Shown here one piece after another: positions 51,933-64,000 of a stretch of 64,000 nucleotides of DNA. The notes beneath the pieces were generated by a model. It was not told where the DNA came from. It did not search any database and was given only the letters and a program-made list of their open reading frames with translations. The stretch comes from Eledone cirrhosa. Its lineage: Eukaryota. Numbering within the stretch: the first letter of the stretch is position 1; every line of letters begins with the position of its first letter. Location of the stretch: NCBI GenBank assembly GCA_964016885.1, contig OZ024755.1:17980001-18044000 (forward strand), read 5' to 3'. The position numbers were made by a program, and so were the translations under genes.

Positions 51933-53059
51933 AGACATTTGTGTATATAACAACAACATCATCATCATCCCACAGATATGATCAGTCCTTATTAATGCTA
52001 GTTCTTACCAGATCAATGAAAACTAAACTTAGTGGCTCACTCTTCGTAAGAAACATCTCTTGTAGTTGTCTCACTAAAAAGAAGACATTGGTGATACTCC
52101 AGCCTGGCACAAAACCAAATTCCATCTTATCTAAATTAATTCTTTTCCTAATCAGTTGTGTGAAAACTTTCTCTTACTTTCATAACCTGATTTATCAGTT
52201 TAGTATTTCTGTAGTTACTCAATTGTAGTAATGTGCCAGCTTTAGCATTCGGTAATCAAACTTGCTATCTTCAATTTGGTATTCATGTCAACCCTTACTT
52301 ATGGTCATGAATCTTGGGTAAGGACTGAAAGAATATGATCGTGAATACAAGCGACCAAAATGGGATTCCTTTGAATGGTCTTTGGAGTAATGTTACTTGA
52401 TAGAGTGCGTAGCATGGAGATCAGAGAGTCAGTCCAGGTAGAGCTGCTACTTCTCCAAATTTAGAGATCACAGCTCCGATATTATAGTTCATGTGGTTAG
52501 AATGTCTCAGGAAAGTATTGCTGGACATATTTTACAGGCAAAACCAATAATTAATTAAAACAGTGTATTTCATTAGAAATGTGGTCATGAAAAGGTTTAT
52601 GTAAGAAGTTTTGTAAAATAAAACTAGAATCTATCTCTGGCAGTTTGGTATGAAAATGGAACCAAATTTAATCATCTTAGTGATTAGAAATATAGGTCAT
52701 CTTGTGGTTTCACAACTGAATTGTTATCTAGAACCATGATTCAGCATTTATTATATAATAATTGATGAATTGAGCTTTTAGTGTAAATTTATATTTTAAG
52801 TTAACTGTCACTGCTAATGATAACATGGTCTTTTTTTTTACATTTTTACAGAGCTGAATATGTTTATACGAGATAAAAGAAAAAAAAAGAATATTAATTA
52901 TCAATAGTATTTGCAAACTTAACTTATTTCTGCTACATATGTGATCTAATTAGCTGACATTGATGATGTGGATGATGATGGTGATGATGATGATGATGAT
53001 GATGATGATGTTGGTGGTTGTGGTAGTGATAATGAGGGTGATAATGATGGTGGTGGTGG

Positions 53060-53422
53060 TTGAGACAATACTCGAATGAAAGGACAGGAAGAATGTAGTC
53101 TCACACTTGAGACATGGCTTAAATGAAATAACAGAACGAAGGTAGTATTACGCTTGAGATGATACTCAAATGAGATGACAGGAGGAAGGTAGTCTCACAC
53201 TTGAGGGATGGCTCAAATGAGATGACAGGAGGACGGTGGTCTCACACTTGAGACATGGCTCAAATGAGATGACAAGAGGATGGTAGTCTCACACTTGAGA
53301 CATGGCTCAAATGAGATGACAAGAGGATGGTGATCTCACACTTGAGACATGGCTCAAATGAGATGACAGGAGGATGGTAGTCTCACACTTGAGACATGGC
53401 TCAAATGAGATGACAGGATGAA
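53060..53422. repeat. 46-47-bp minisatellite, ~7 units
   Basis: GTAGTCTCACACTTGAGACATGGCTCAAATGAGATGACAGGAGGATG. Confidence 0.92.
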
Positions 53423-53656
53423 GGTACATGGATGGGTCAAGTGATGATGTTAAACAGGGGGATAGAATTAAGCCTAACCTTTCTGTTTTTATATTCTGCC
53501 ATGTTAATTAATGTAGCTTATACCTTATTGCTGGAACCACTGGACTACTTTTACCACTACTACTATTACTACTACCACAACCTCTACTACTACTACCAGT
53601 TTAATATACATTTTCTTTTTCCTCTCTTTGCTTTTAGAGTTTTGAAAATATTCCTG

Positions 53657-53981
53657 ATGGCTGAAACAAAAGAAAGCCTTATGCAGTCGGAAAGTTCTAG
53701 ATATCGTTCTAATAGCAAGCTATCGAATACTTCAAACAAATCTCCAGTCTCTGAAGATCAACAGAACTTCATAGTCTATAAGAGACGCTGGTACATTCTT
53801 TTACTGTATTCGTTCTTTGCATTTTCCCAGGGTCTCGCATGGAACACCTGGCCTCCGATTGCACAAACAGCTAATGAATTGTTTGGTTGGTCAACCAGTG
53901 ATGTTGCTTTACTCACCAACTGGGGACCAATTACATACGTTATTTGTGCTTTATTTGTGTCCTGGATCATAGAAGCTAAAG
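53657..53981 (+). CDS. SLC49A4: SLC49A4/DIRC2-like MFS transporter, coding exon 1
   Basis: MAETKES...VYKRRWYILLLYSFFAFSQGLAWNTWPPI...DVALLTNWGPI, matching the DIRC2 N-terminal motifs; acceptor at 53636-53637 implies an upstream UTR exon; orthology versus paralogy not resolved. Confidence 0.92.
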
Positions 53982-54533
53982 GTAAATATATATTGTTAAC
54001 ATCTGGTTGTCTTATAAAGCATTGGGAAATTTGTATCCTGGATTATAAAAGCTGAAGATAGATATATATTGTTAACATTTGGTTGTCTTGCAAAACATTG
54101 AGAGATTTGAAATTGGCAAATGTGGCTCCCCCAACACAGACAACTATAATAATAGTTGATAACTATAAACAATAATTGAATAAATCTGGTAAAGTACCCC
54201 AGAAAACGCCTGGACTGGGTGGCATGTTATGTTATGTTATTGAGCAAGCCAATATATTTCACATTGCAACAACACTTGTTCCAAGCTGTATCAGCTTTTG
54301 CCATTCCCTTGAACAATATTAGTAGTGTGGATGAGGAGAAGGGAGACATGCATGCATGGATGACTGTTGGTCTTCCATAAAACGTCCTACCCAGGCTTGT
54401 ACCTCCATGGTCAGTGAGTCATGGGTAGGTAGCCTATAACCCAGTCATAACCAAGAGGACCTTCTCTCTCTAATTATAAATGCTGATGAAACATAATTAA
54501 TATTTTAATATTTCACCATATATTTATTTTTAG

Positions 54534-54624
54534 GACTCCGTGCCACGTGTGTCATCACTGCTTTCGCATTTTTCCTCGGAACTGGAATCAGATGTATCAC
54601 ATTAAAGAAACCTTACGTATATTG
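54534..54624 (+). CDS. SLC49A4: SLC49A4-like coding exon 2
   Basis: GLRATCVITAFAFFLGTGIRCITLKKPYVYW; TAG/GT, 91 nt. Confidence 0.92.
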
Positions 54625-55535
54625 GTAATTCAGTTTCCTTTGTTTGTTTGTTCAATTCTTACTCCAAAATGTTATGAAACAGTTTATAGGAAACTTAAAT
54701 TGAAGTGTGATGTATGGTGGTGAGGCACGAGTACTGAATGTGAGAGATCTGTTGAGTTTGATTAACCTTTAGAATGCTAGAAATTCTTATGAATTGCTTC
54801 CCTTGACACTGCATTATATATTAAAGAGAAATTACTCTATTGGCGACATAATGCGCCTATAGCGTCCAGAAGGTTAAAAGAATATATATATTTTTTTAAA
54901 TGAGGTGAGCATCTGTTGAATATGTAATGTTAACCTACTTGAGATGTAGAGTAAAGTTCACTGATAATGCAGCTGGCCAGATGTAGTGTTAACCTACTTG
55001 AGTTGCAGTGTATAAGTAAACTGATAGTGCCACTCATACTGATGTTAAGGTATTATTTTCAAAATAGATAATATCAAAACCTCATCGATTTGATATTATG
55101 TGAGGTGAAGCCTTTACCATGAAAATACAATAGTATATATAGAGTAATGTAAATGCTAAAGGGTTAAGCCTGGAACTTTTCAGCACCCCAGTAAGACTAA
55201 GAGGATTAGATATATACCATATGGTATAGCCAGCCTATAAAACATTGTAATATCTTAAGTAATACCTAAAGTAATATCTAAAGTGATCTCCTTAATAAAT
55301 AACATTTAGACCACCCATATCCGACCAGAATTCTCTCACCACTTTCTGAACAAACTGGCTGTTACCAGCCACTCATACTGATGTTAAGGTATTGTTCTCA
55401 AAATAAATAATATCAAAATCCCATAGATTCGATATTAAGTGAGATAATTGTATAAGATAAAACCTTTACCACAAAAATACAATAGTAAATATAGAGTAAC
55501 ATAAATGCTAAAGGGTTAATTTAATCTTTATTTAG

Positions 55536-55699
55536 GCTTATCAATTTGGGCCAAATCATAATTGGCTTTGCAGCTCCATTTACAATAGCAGCATCCACTG
55601 TTTTGTCTTCTGTCTGGTTTCCAATGTACCAACGCTTCACAGCAACCGCTATAGCCAATGTCTTCCTTACTCTTGGTTCTTTTGCTAGTTCGTTTATTG
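55536..55699 (+). CDS. SLC49A4: SLC49A4-like coding exon 3
   Basis: LINLGQIIIGFAAPF...LSSVWFPMYQRFTATAIA; WFP..R.TATAI motif; 164 nt. Confidence 0.95.
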
Positions 55700-55840
55700 G
55701 TAAGTTCCTCTCTTATTTTAAAAAAATGTTTTTTCTTGCTTTCAAATTTTATTTATTTATTTATTGTTTGTTTCTATATTTTAATATTGTTGTTTGTTTG
55801 TTTTTTTTTAATTATTTTTTTCTATTTTTCACATGTCAAG

Positions 55841-55895
55841 GTCCATTGATTGTATCCACAAATGTTTTCAATAACAATACCTCTAATCACAGCAG
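55841..55895 (+). CDS. SLC49A4: SLC49A4-like coding exon 4
   Basis: GPLIVSTNVFNNNTSNHS; AAG/GT, 55 nt; N-glycosylation sequons. Confidence 0.85.
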
Positions 55896-56289
55896 GTGAA
55901 TATTGATTTCTTACTCTGTGCAATAGAGAAGTATTAAAAAGTAAGGCAGACAGAATTAAAGTCACTTGATCCAATCTTATTATATTCATCGCTTGTTAAG
56001 AGATTTTGATATTTATTTTGAGATTATTTATTTTGAGAACGATATCTTAACATCAGTATGAGTTGGCAGTTTGAACATAAAGAGGTGAGAGAATTCTGGT
56101 CAGATACAGCCGGTTTAAATGCTAAAGGGTTAAGGCGATCACTTTAGATATTACTTTGGGTATTACTTTAAGTAATATAATGTTTTATAGGCTGGCTCTA
56201 CCATACGGGTATATATGGCTTTCCAGCTTTGAATTCTATTTATCTAACTGTTTTGTTAAATTGTTAAATTGGTGAGAGAGAAAAGAGAA

Positions 56290-56503
56290 ATTACACTGTA
56301 GAAACTGCCATGGATATACTTACAAAGTCAAAAAACAGCTCCCATGATTTTCGGAAACATATTTCACACTCAGAGTTGCTGAAGCATGGAACAAACTACC
56401 TACATCAATTGTTAGCTGTTAGGACACTGCATCCTTTAAAACCTCCATGCTTCCTGAAATTTGCCAACACTACACCTCTATTCTGCCTCCATACACAAGC
56501 ATG

Positions 56504-56552
<49 letters not shown>

Positions 56553-56663
56553 ACTGTTAACTTTCCTGACATTTATACATTATTCTATGTACTATACATG
56601 CACCTTTGATGAGTTGTAGTGCACCTGAGCCCCATACACAATAATTTCATTATTATTATTATT
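56290..56663 (+). mobile_element. CR1-type LINE 3' end with (ATT)n tail
   Basis: FTLRVAEAWNKLP..IV C-terminal motif, 3' UTR and ATT tail. Confidence 0.8.
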
Positions 56664-56922
56664 GATATTGTAGTCTTGGTTTTCTTAATCCTGAAATGTG
56701 GGGATTGTGTCTATCCTTGTATGTATGTATGTGTGTGGTAGTGAGTGTATGTATGTGTGTATGTGATAATATCTCTGTAGGTATATGTGTCTGTGTGAGT
56801 GTATATATATATGTATGTATGTACATATGTATTTCTCTCTGTCAATGTTTCTATATAATTTTACTGAATTTATATATATTTTTTTTTTATTTCTAATAAT
56901 TTTCTTGTGATATTTATTACAG

Positions 56923-56951
56923 AATTCCTGTGATAAATTCTTCAGATTATG
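56923..56951 (+). CDS. SLC49A4: SLC49A4-like coding exon 5 (29-nt micro-exon)
   Basis: CAG/GTAAAT, (R)IPVINSSDY; bridges phase 2 to phase 1 as required. Confidence 0.7.
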
Positions 56952-57608
56952 GTAAATAACCCTATCTTCATCGTCGTTTAATGTCTATTTTCTACGTCAG
57001 CATGGGTTAGATGGTTTGTCCCATTTGAGACAAGACAGATCAGGTGACTGTGTCTTGCTCATACAGAACCATTTCTGGCTTGGTTTCTATGGCTGGATGC
57101 TCTTCCAGCCCTATATATGTTATAATTATAAGAAAATACATGGTAGTCCCACTTCCACTCATGCAGACTCCCCATTTAATAACTTCTCATAGTAATATTT
57201 CCATGCTTAGTTCTTCTGAGTGTCAGTATGGCTAAGAACACTAGAGTTATTCTCGACATACTTTTCCCCCATTTATGTTCAACGCTGCTCTGTAATCAAA
57301 AACATCTCACATCTGATGATGATGATGATGATGATGGTGGTGATGATGATGGTGGTGGTGATGGTGATGATGATGAGGGCGATGATATATAATGGGCTTC
57401 TTCACAGTTTCCTTTTACCAAATTTCATTCACAACACATTAGTATGCCCGAGGCTATAGCAGAAGATTCTTGACTGAAGTCCCATGTAGTGAATGCAAAT
57501 AAAGCCATTTTAAATTAAAACAACTTTAAATATATTATTAATAAAACCACTGTAACTTAAAAGGAATTTAAATATATTTTTAACTTTGTGTTTTTACTTT
57601 ACTTTCAG

Positions 57609-57659
57609 AAAATTACTTGGAAAAAGAACGAAATGAACTTAGAATCCTTCTCTATACAG
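57609..57659 (+). CDS. SLC49A4: SLC49A4-like coding exon 6
   Basis: ENYLEKERNELRILLYT(E); CAG/GTCAGT, 51 nt. Confidence 0.85.
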
Positions 57660-58099
57660 GTCAGTACATTACTATGTTAACTTAGACACAAATTTAGTGA
57701 ATGTTTATATCTAGATTCTTTCTTTTGTTACCTGAACATATCGTGAAGTTATGAAGATATCACGCAACTATGAACTTTAACAAACATTACATGGATTAAG
57801 GAAAATATGGTCTAGAAATTTGAAAGTATGTACGCATGTACCTGCAAGCTGAGGAGAATAAGGGAAGAAATGTGTTTACCCATAGTACCTTTGGTAATCA
57901 GGGTGATCTTAAATGTATGGGGCTTCTTTAATTACCCTGGTGTGGTGCTCTTCTCTATTGAGTAATACTGTTGTATAAATATTACCAGTTGAGTTATCTA
58001 CCCTACAATATCTGCTCATGCTTTCAATAGAAGATAACAACATTCTTCAACGAATTTCTCTTAAATTATAAAATGTCTGTAATAATTTTTTTTTTTAAT

Positions 58100-59798
58100 T
58101 AAATAATTGTTTCTACTTTTGGCACAAGGCCAGCAATTATCGCAGTGTTGTATTACTGGTACTTTATTTTATCGACCCCGTAAGGATGAAAGGCAAAGTT
58201 AATCTCGGCGGGATTTGAACTCAATCCGTAAAGGGAGTAACTGTGCTGCAAAGCATGGCGTCTGACCCTCTACCGATACTGCCAATCCACCGCCTTTTTT
58301 TAAAATTAAATAATGAAAGTTAGATCAAGGGGAGAGCAGCAGACTCTACACCTCAGTTTTTGGCGGCATATCTCAGCATTGCCACAGAGAACAGCCAGCA
58401 ACAACCACTGCATCAACCACTCCACCTTCCAGTGATCCTTCCTCTGGCAAGATGTACTCCTCCTCAATTTTGCAGAGAAAAACGACAGTTGGGGGGGGGG
58501 GGGGGCAATGACACCAAAGGTCTCGATGGTATCTGGCACAAAAGGGAGATTATAGTGAAGAATTGGTTGAACTGGTCATGGTCTACTAATAATTGTTTCT
58601 ACTTTTGGCACAAGGCCAGCAACTACCCAGTACATTACTGGTACTTTATTTTATCGACCCCGTAAGGATGAAAGGCAAAGTTAACATAGGCAGGATTTTA
58701 ACTCAGACCGTAAAGGGCCGTAACAATGATAGAAAGCATGGCGTCCAACTCTCTACCGATACTGCCAATTCACCGCCCCCTGGTCTACTAATAATGGTTT
58801 CTGATTTAGGCACAAGGCCAACAATTTTGGGAGATGGGGAAAGTCGATTAAATCGACCCCAGTGTGTGACTGGTACTTTATTTTATTGACCACATAAAAA
58901 TGAAAAGCAAAGCTTACCTCGGCGGGATTTGAAATCAGAACATAAAGGGCCGTAACTCTATGCCGCAAAGCATGTTGCTAGATGCTCTACCGATAATGCC
59001 AATTCACTGCCCACTTAATAATGTTTTCTTTATTAACCACAAGGGTTTACATAAAGTAGACATTAAGGACAATACAGGACGGTACAAATGGGCATTTCTG
59101 CGTGTAAAAAACAGAGGATGTAATAAAATAACAAAGAAAAATTCCCCAATAGGGGGGAGACTTCCGAGGGACATTTGTGGAGAAAGCCCATTAAAAGACC
59201 ACAGTGACCCTGACCACCAGGGCAAGTGCCCTCTCCCAGTTTTCCACCTTTAATTTACAGACACATACTCAGAGAAGGCCCATTCATTCAGGCCATACTT
59301 GCTTCTCTCACCCATCTTTCAACAAAATGCTGGGAAGAGAGCACTTCCCACAATGGTCATTTAATAATGGCAATGGCCACAACAACAAAAATAAGGGAAA
59401 GAAAATAATTGTTTCTACTTTTGGCACAAAACCAACAATTACCTCAGTGCATTACTGGTACTTTATTTTATCGACCCCGTAAGGATGAACGGCAAAGTTA
59501 ACCTCGGATTTAAACTCAGAACGTAAAGGGCCGTAACTCTATGCTGAAAAGCATGGCGTCTGACCCTCTACCGATATTGCCAATCCAACGCCCCTTAATA
59601 ATTGTTTCTACTTTTTGGCACAAGGCCAGCAATTATCCCAGTGCATTACTGGTACTTTATTTTATCGACCCCGTAAGGATGAAAGGCAAAGTTAACCTCG
59701 GCGGGATTTGAACTCAGAATGGCAAGGGCCGCAACTCTATGCGTCAAAGCATGGCGTCCGACCCTCTACCGATACTGCCAATCCACTGCCCCTTAATA
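58100..59798 (-). mobile_element. Cluster of five minus-strand SINE family B copies with an L1/Tx1-like fragment
   Basis: Copies at ~58100, 58588, 58790, 59405 and 59600; LINE 3' end at 59025-59340. Confidence 0.85.
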
Positions 59799-59821
59799 AT
59801 GTACTTTATTTTGGTTTGTAG

Positions 59822-59951
59822 AGTTTGGAATGTCTGCAGTGATTTTGTTTCTGGCTATCATCTATTTTCCCGATAAACCACCAACACCTCCTACAATGTC
59901 AGCTAAAATGGAAAGATTAAACTTCAAAGACGGCGTCAAGAATCTAATGAA
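59822..59951 (+). CDS. SLC49A4: SLC49A4-like coding exon 7
   Basis: FGMSAVILFLAIIYFPDKPPTPPTMSAKMERLNFKDGVKNLM; YFP.KPP.PP SLC49 motif; 130 nt. Confidence 0.95.
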
Positions 59952-60239
59952 GTAAGGTTATTATATTCTGTGGTCATTTTGATAGGTTTGGGCCAGCATT
60001 GGCCCATGTTATATCCAACTTAATATCACCACCTGGTAAATGAAAGGGTTAGATATAGTAATAAACAAACCTTCTGTAAAGAGGTGGAACTTGTTAATTC
60101 ACTATAACTGTACAATAATAATCTATTGCTTAACTGAACTGCTTATTTCCATGAGAAAGGCATGAACATCACCAATTCTCCATTTCCGTATGTGTCTGAG
60201 ATTAGATACCAATGTATTAGAATTCTCTTTTATTTTCAA

Positions 60240-60452
60240 TGGATTGGCAGTATCAGTAGAGGGTATGACACCTTGCTTTGCAGCATAGAGTTACGGCCGC
60301 TTATGATCTGAGTTCAAATCCCGCCAAGGTTAACTTTGCCATTCATCCTTACAGGGTCGATAAAATAAAGCACCAGTAATGCACTGGGGTCAATTTAATC
60401 AACTTCCCCTCCCCCAAAATTACTGGCCTTGTGCCTATACTAGAAATCATTA
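60240..60452 (+). mobile_element. SINE family B copy
   Basis: Matches family B; more copies at 60820-60945 (-), 61190-61330 (+) and 62050-62200 (+). Confidence 0.85.
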
Positions 60453-61400
60453 TTATGGCTCAAATGAAAAAAAATATAGAAAAACACAGGTGAATGAAGA
60501 ACTGAGGTTCTCTGATGAAATTGTTTGGTTTTGTACAGAGAAACCCTTTCTGATCCATGATATGTTTTGATTATAAGAAAATACTGGTAGTCCCACTTCC
60601 ACTCATGCAGACTCCCCATTTAATAATCTCTCATAGTAATATGTCCATGCTTAGTTCTTCTGAGTGTCAGTATGGCTAAGAACACCATAGTTATTCTCGA
60701 CACACTTTTCCCCCATTTATGTTCACACGCTGCTCTGTAATCAAAAACATCTCACATTTCTGATCCTCACATCTGATGATGATGATGATGATGGTAATAA
60801 TAATGATGGTGATGGATTAAATTGACCCAGTGCATTACTGGTACTTTATTTTATCGACCCTGTACGGATGAAAGGCAAAGTTAACCTCGGCAGGATTTGA
60901 ACTCAAACCATAAGGGGCCGTAACTCTATGCTGCAAAGCATGGTGTCATTCACTTAACTTAGAGAATTAGATATCTTATGGGGTCGATAAAATAAGCACC
61001 AGTGTCTTTTTTTGTGCATGTTTTCTCATATATATATATATAACGAAGGAAATGTGGTAAGGAACCAGGTGGACCATAACGCACCAAAGTACTCAATACT
61101 TAGGGTAGTAGAGTGAGTAATAGGAACGAGTAAGACCCCGACGGCTGAGCTCAAGCCGTTTCGACGGCTAATTCTGGACTCATATATATATATTCAAATC
61201 CCACTGAGGTTAGCTTTGCCTTTCATCCTTACGGATTCAACAAAATAAAGTACCAGTAACACACTGGAGTTGATTTAATCGACTTTTCCCTTCACGTCAA
61301 ATTACTGGCCTTGTGCTTAATATAGAAACAATTATATCTAAATATGGTTAGATGTCTATATCTGATGCCTATTTTCCTATCATTTGTCTCATTGTCTCAG

Positions 61401-61506
61401 GAATTACAGATTCTTAATGTTGGTGATTATCTTCACAATGTCTGGCGTTGTAACTAGTTGGATGGCAGTCCTCTATATCAATTTAAAACCCCATCATATT
61501 TCACAG
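61401..61506 (+). CDS. SLC49A4: SLC49A4-like coding exon 8
   Basis: NYRFLMLVIIFTMSGVVTSWMAVLYINLKPHHISQ; CAG/GT, 106 nt. Confidence 0.9.
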
Positions 61507-61684
61507 GTAATATTATTATTATTTCTATTATTTCACTAGTGTTAATGGTATTGTGTGCTTTTACTGCACAGATGAACACAGCTCTGTCTACCTTAGGTGC
61601 ATACAGGTTTGTTTTTTTTAATTGCATCGGAAGTACTCTACCATGTGCATACCCAGTGCCTAGTAGAGTTGTTTTTTTGTATAT

Positions 61685-62024
61685 TATCATCATCATCATC
61701 ATCATTTCCACTTTTTCCCTGCTTGAAAGAGTGGAACGGGAACTGATTCTGGCTTGATTTCTACAGCTGGATGCCCTTCCTAACACCAACCTCATTTTAC
61801 AGTGAGTGCTGGGTGCTTTTTTGCCGTGGCACCTCCACGACCACTTTGCAGTGGAATGATAGAGACCCCAGTCCCTATCATCTCATTTCTACAGCTGAGT
61901 AAACTGGAGCAATGTGAAATAAAGTGCCTTGCTCAAGGAAACAACACATCACCCGGTCTGAGAATTGAACTCACAACCTTTCGATTGCAAGGCCAATGCT
62001 CTAACCACTAAGCCATGTGCCTCC
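61685..62024 (-). mobile_element. tRNA-SINE family A copy
   Basis: Reverse complement of 34005-34345. Confidence 0.9.
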
Positions 62025-62918
62025 ACTATTATATATATGTATAAAGCGGAAAATTGGCACAGCCATTAGAACACCAGATAGAATGCTCCGCTGTATTCAT
62101 TCCAGCTCTCTACACTGAGTTCAAATCCCACCAAGGTCAACTTTGTTGTTCATCCTTTCGAGGTCAATAAAAAAAGAGTACCAGTCCAGTACTGGGATCA
62201 ATTTTTCCTATACACATCTTTCTCACTTCCTCATTCTCTCTCTCTCCTTCACTGGAAGAAATCACCTGTGTTCAGAGAGACCTGGAGAGGAGATGGACTC
62301 TGCCAGGGTTAAACTGCCCAAGAAACACCACCATGTGTCATCATGACACCCCTATAACTCCATCATGAGTTACAGGTCCTTACATGACACACTGTATCTC
62401 ACTATGTCACCCCTACGACTTTATCAGGAGTTACAGGTCCATACAAGACACACTCTATGTCACCCCTATGACTTCATCAAGAGTTACAGCTCTATACATA
62501 CATATGTGTATAAGTCCTGAGATTTTGGTTATATCTGTTTTAATCATTCCTAAATCATCTTAATATAGGGTTTGTTTCTGTGAAGACATATGACTTAGTA
62601 ATTAAGGCCCCTTCAGCAGTGTTGTTAATTTTTTGATATACAAGATAATTGTAGAATATTCAACACTAAAATATGTCTGTCACAAGGGCTGTATTATAGG
62701 GAAAAAAAGAGTCTATTAAGTGAAGCCATGGGACCTAGAAGTCATAGGGTTGTGAGTTTCATCCCCAGATTGGATGGCACATTGTATCCTTGAGTAAGAC
62801 AATTAATTTCATGTTGCCCTAGTTCATTCAGCTGAAAATGAGTACCTGAGACATTTGGAGGTTAAATCTATGATGGAAAATCATCCCATCTGGTAGGGAG
62901 TCTTATGCTTTCAGTTGT

Positions 62919-63154
62919 TTAACCCTTTAGCATTTAGCATGTAAATTGGCCATATCCGGCCAGAATGCTCCTACCTCTTTCTGTTCAAACCGGCCATAAT
63001 CAGCTGCTTATATTTATGTTAAGGTATTGTTCTCAAAATAAATAACATCAAAATCTCGTAGATTCGATATCATGTGGGATAATTTTGTGAGATAAAGTGT
63101 TTATTGTGAACATACAATAGTAAATATAGAGTCATGTAAATGCTAAAGGGTTAA
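62919..63154 (-). mobile_element. Complete TTAA piggyBac-type MITE
   Basis: TTAACCCTTTAGCATTT...AAATGCTAAAGGGTTAA. Confidence 0.85.
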
Positions 63155-63902
63155 TGTTCATAAATCTGAGATAAGTTCTGGCCTTCGTCCACCCTTTGCA
63201 AGAATCAAAGAATGGACGTAGAACTTAAGATTCTCTCTCATACACTATTTAAACTTTATATTCAATCAAATTATACATAAACATACTATCATCATCACCA
63301 TTTTACGTCCATTCTTCCACGCTAGCATGGTTTAGACAGGTTGTCCTGTTGTGGGCATTGCCCAGTCGACTGACCTTGTCTTGCTCATATGGGAGCCCTT
63401 CCTAATACCAACCTCATTTACAGTGAGTGGTGGGTGCTTTTTTGCTGTGGGAGGGGGTGGGGGCATATTGTCTATATGCTTCAGCTTCGGCTTGTACCCG
63501 TGGGAAGTAAGTCAGGTCTTCTGTATTACTGCATGACGCCAGAGATCACGGTCCTTTGAGAGGTGCAATTGGGTAAGGTCAGCTTTTATCACCTCATCCC
63601 AGGTCTTCTTGGGTCTCCCCACTCCACAGCTTCCATCGACTTGTCAACTATATTTTATACAGTGATGGAAATATGAGAAAAAAAATGCTGAGGCCTCACA
63701 GTCCTTGCCTTTTCCCTCCCTTTCCTCTCATTTATGGCATTATAGTCCTCTCCTCTACTTTTCTATACAGCCAGATCTGCCCTTCTTTACCCCTTCCCAC
63801 TACTTAATTTTGTTATTATCTTTTTAAACTGTTTCCTATGTTCCATATCTTTGGTTAATGCTTTAATAAACTTTAAAAATATTTGTTTTGATTTTTCTAC
63901 AG

Positions 63903-63970
63903 AAAAGTACTGGAATATATTCTATTTACATTGCTTTTGGTAGCTGTTTAGGATCACTGGTCCTGGCAAG
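63903..63970 (+). CDS. SLC49A4: SLC49A4-like coding exon 9 (gene continues past the window)
   Basis: CAG/GT, KSTGIYSIYIAFGSCLGSLVLA(R), phase 0 start fits exon 8. Confidence 0.8.
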
Positions 63971-64000
63971 GTATAATCATTTATTACTGATATTAATTAG

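Noticed and set aside
53432-53656. N-terminal extension of the transporter in ORF 53432-54055
   Set aside because: Low-complexity (TAC)n and a polypyrimidine tract ending in an acceptor at 53637; most likely intronic

Overview
AT-rich, repeat-dense animal genomic DNA; the SINE, LINE and microsatellite content suggests a mollusc, probably an octopus or other cephalopod (inference). There are two divergently oriented spliced genes. ALG1 beta-1,4-mannosyltransferase is complete on the minus strand (13 coding exons, 42538->22671, 1410 nt, 469 aa, assembled by hand with GT-AG junctions and consistent phases). The first 9 coding exons of an SLC49A4/DIRC2-like MFS transporter lie on the plus strand (53657->past the window end). 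A 16.7-kb array of a 30-bp satellite (5251-21936) accounts for the giant (VKPFSIGQLP)n ORFs. The remainder is RTE/CR1/Tx1 LINE fragments, two tRNA-SINE families, TTAA-flanked MITEs, a Helitron-like element and minisatellites. The most interesting signal is a set of six or more unrelated, ORF-less, mostly fold-back elements, most of them embedded in (TA)n tracts, several carrying hammerhead ribozyme motifs (Penelope-like pseudo-LTR architecture). One of them (29545-29866) reconstructs to a hammerhead whose three strands are in a non-circularly permuted order. All RNA folds were paired by eye and are untested.
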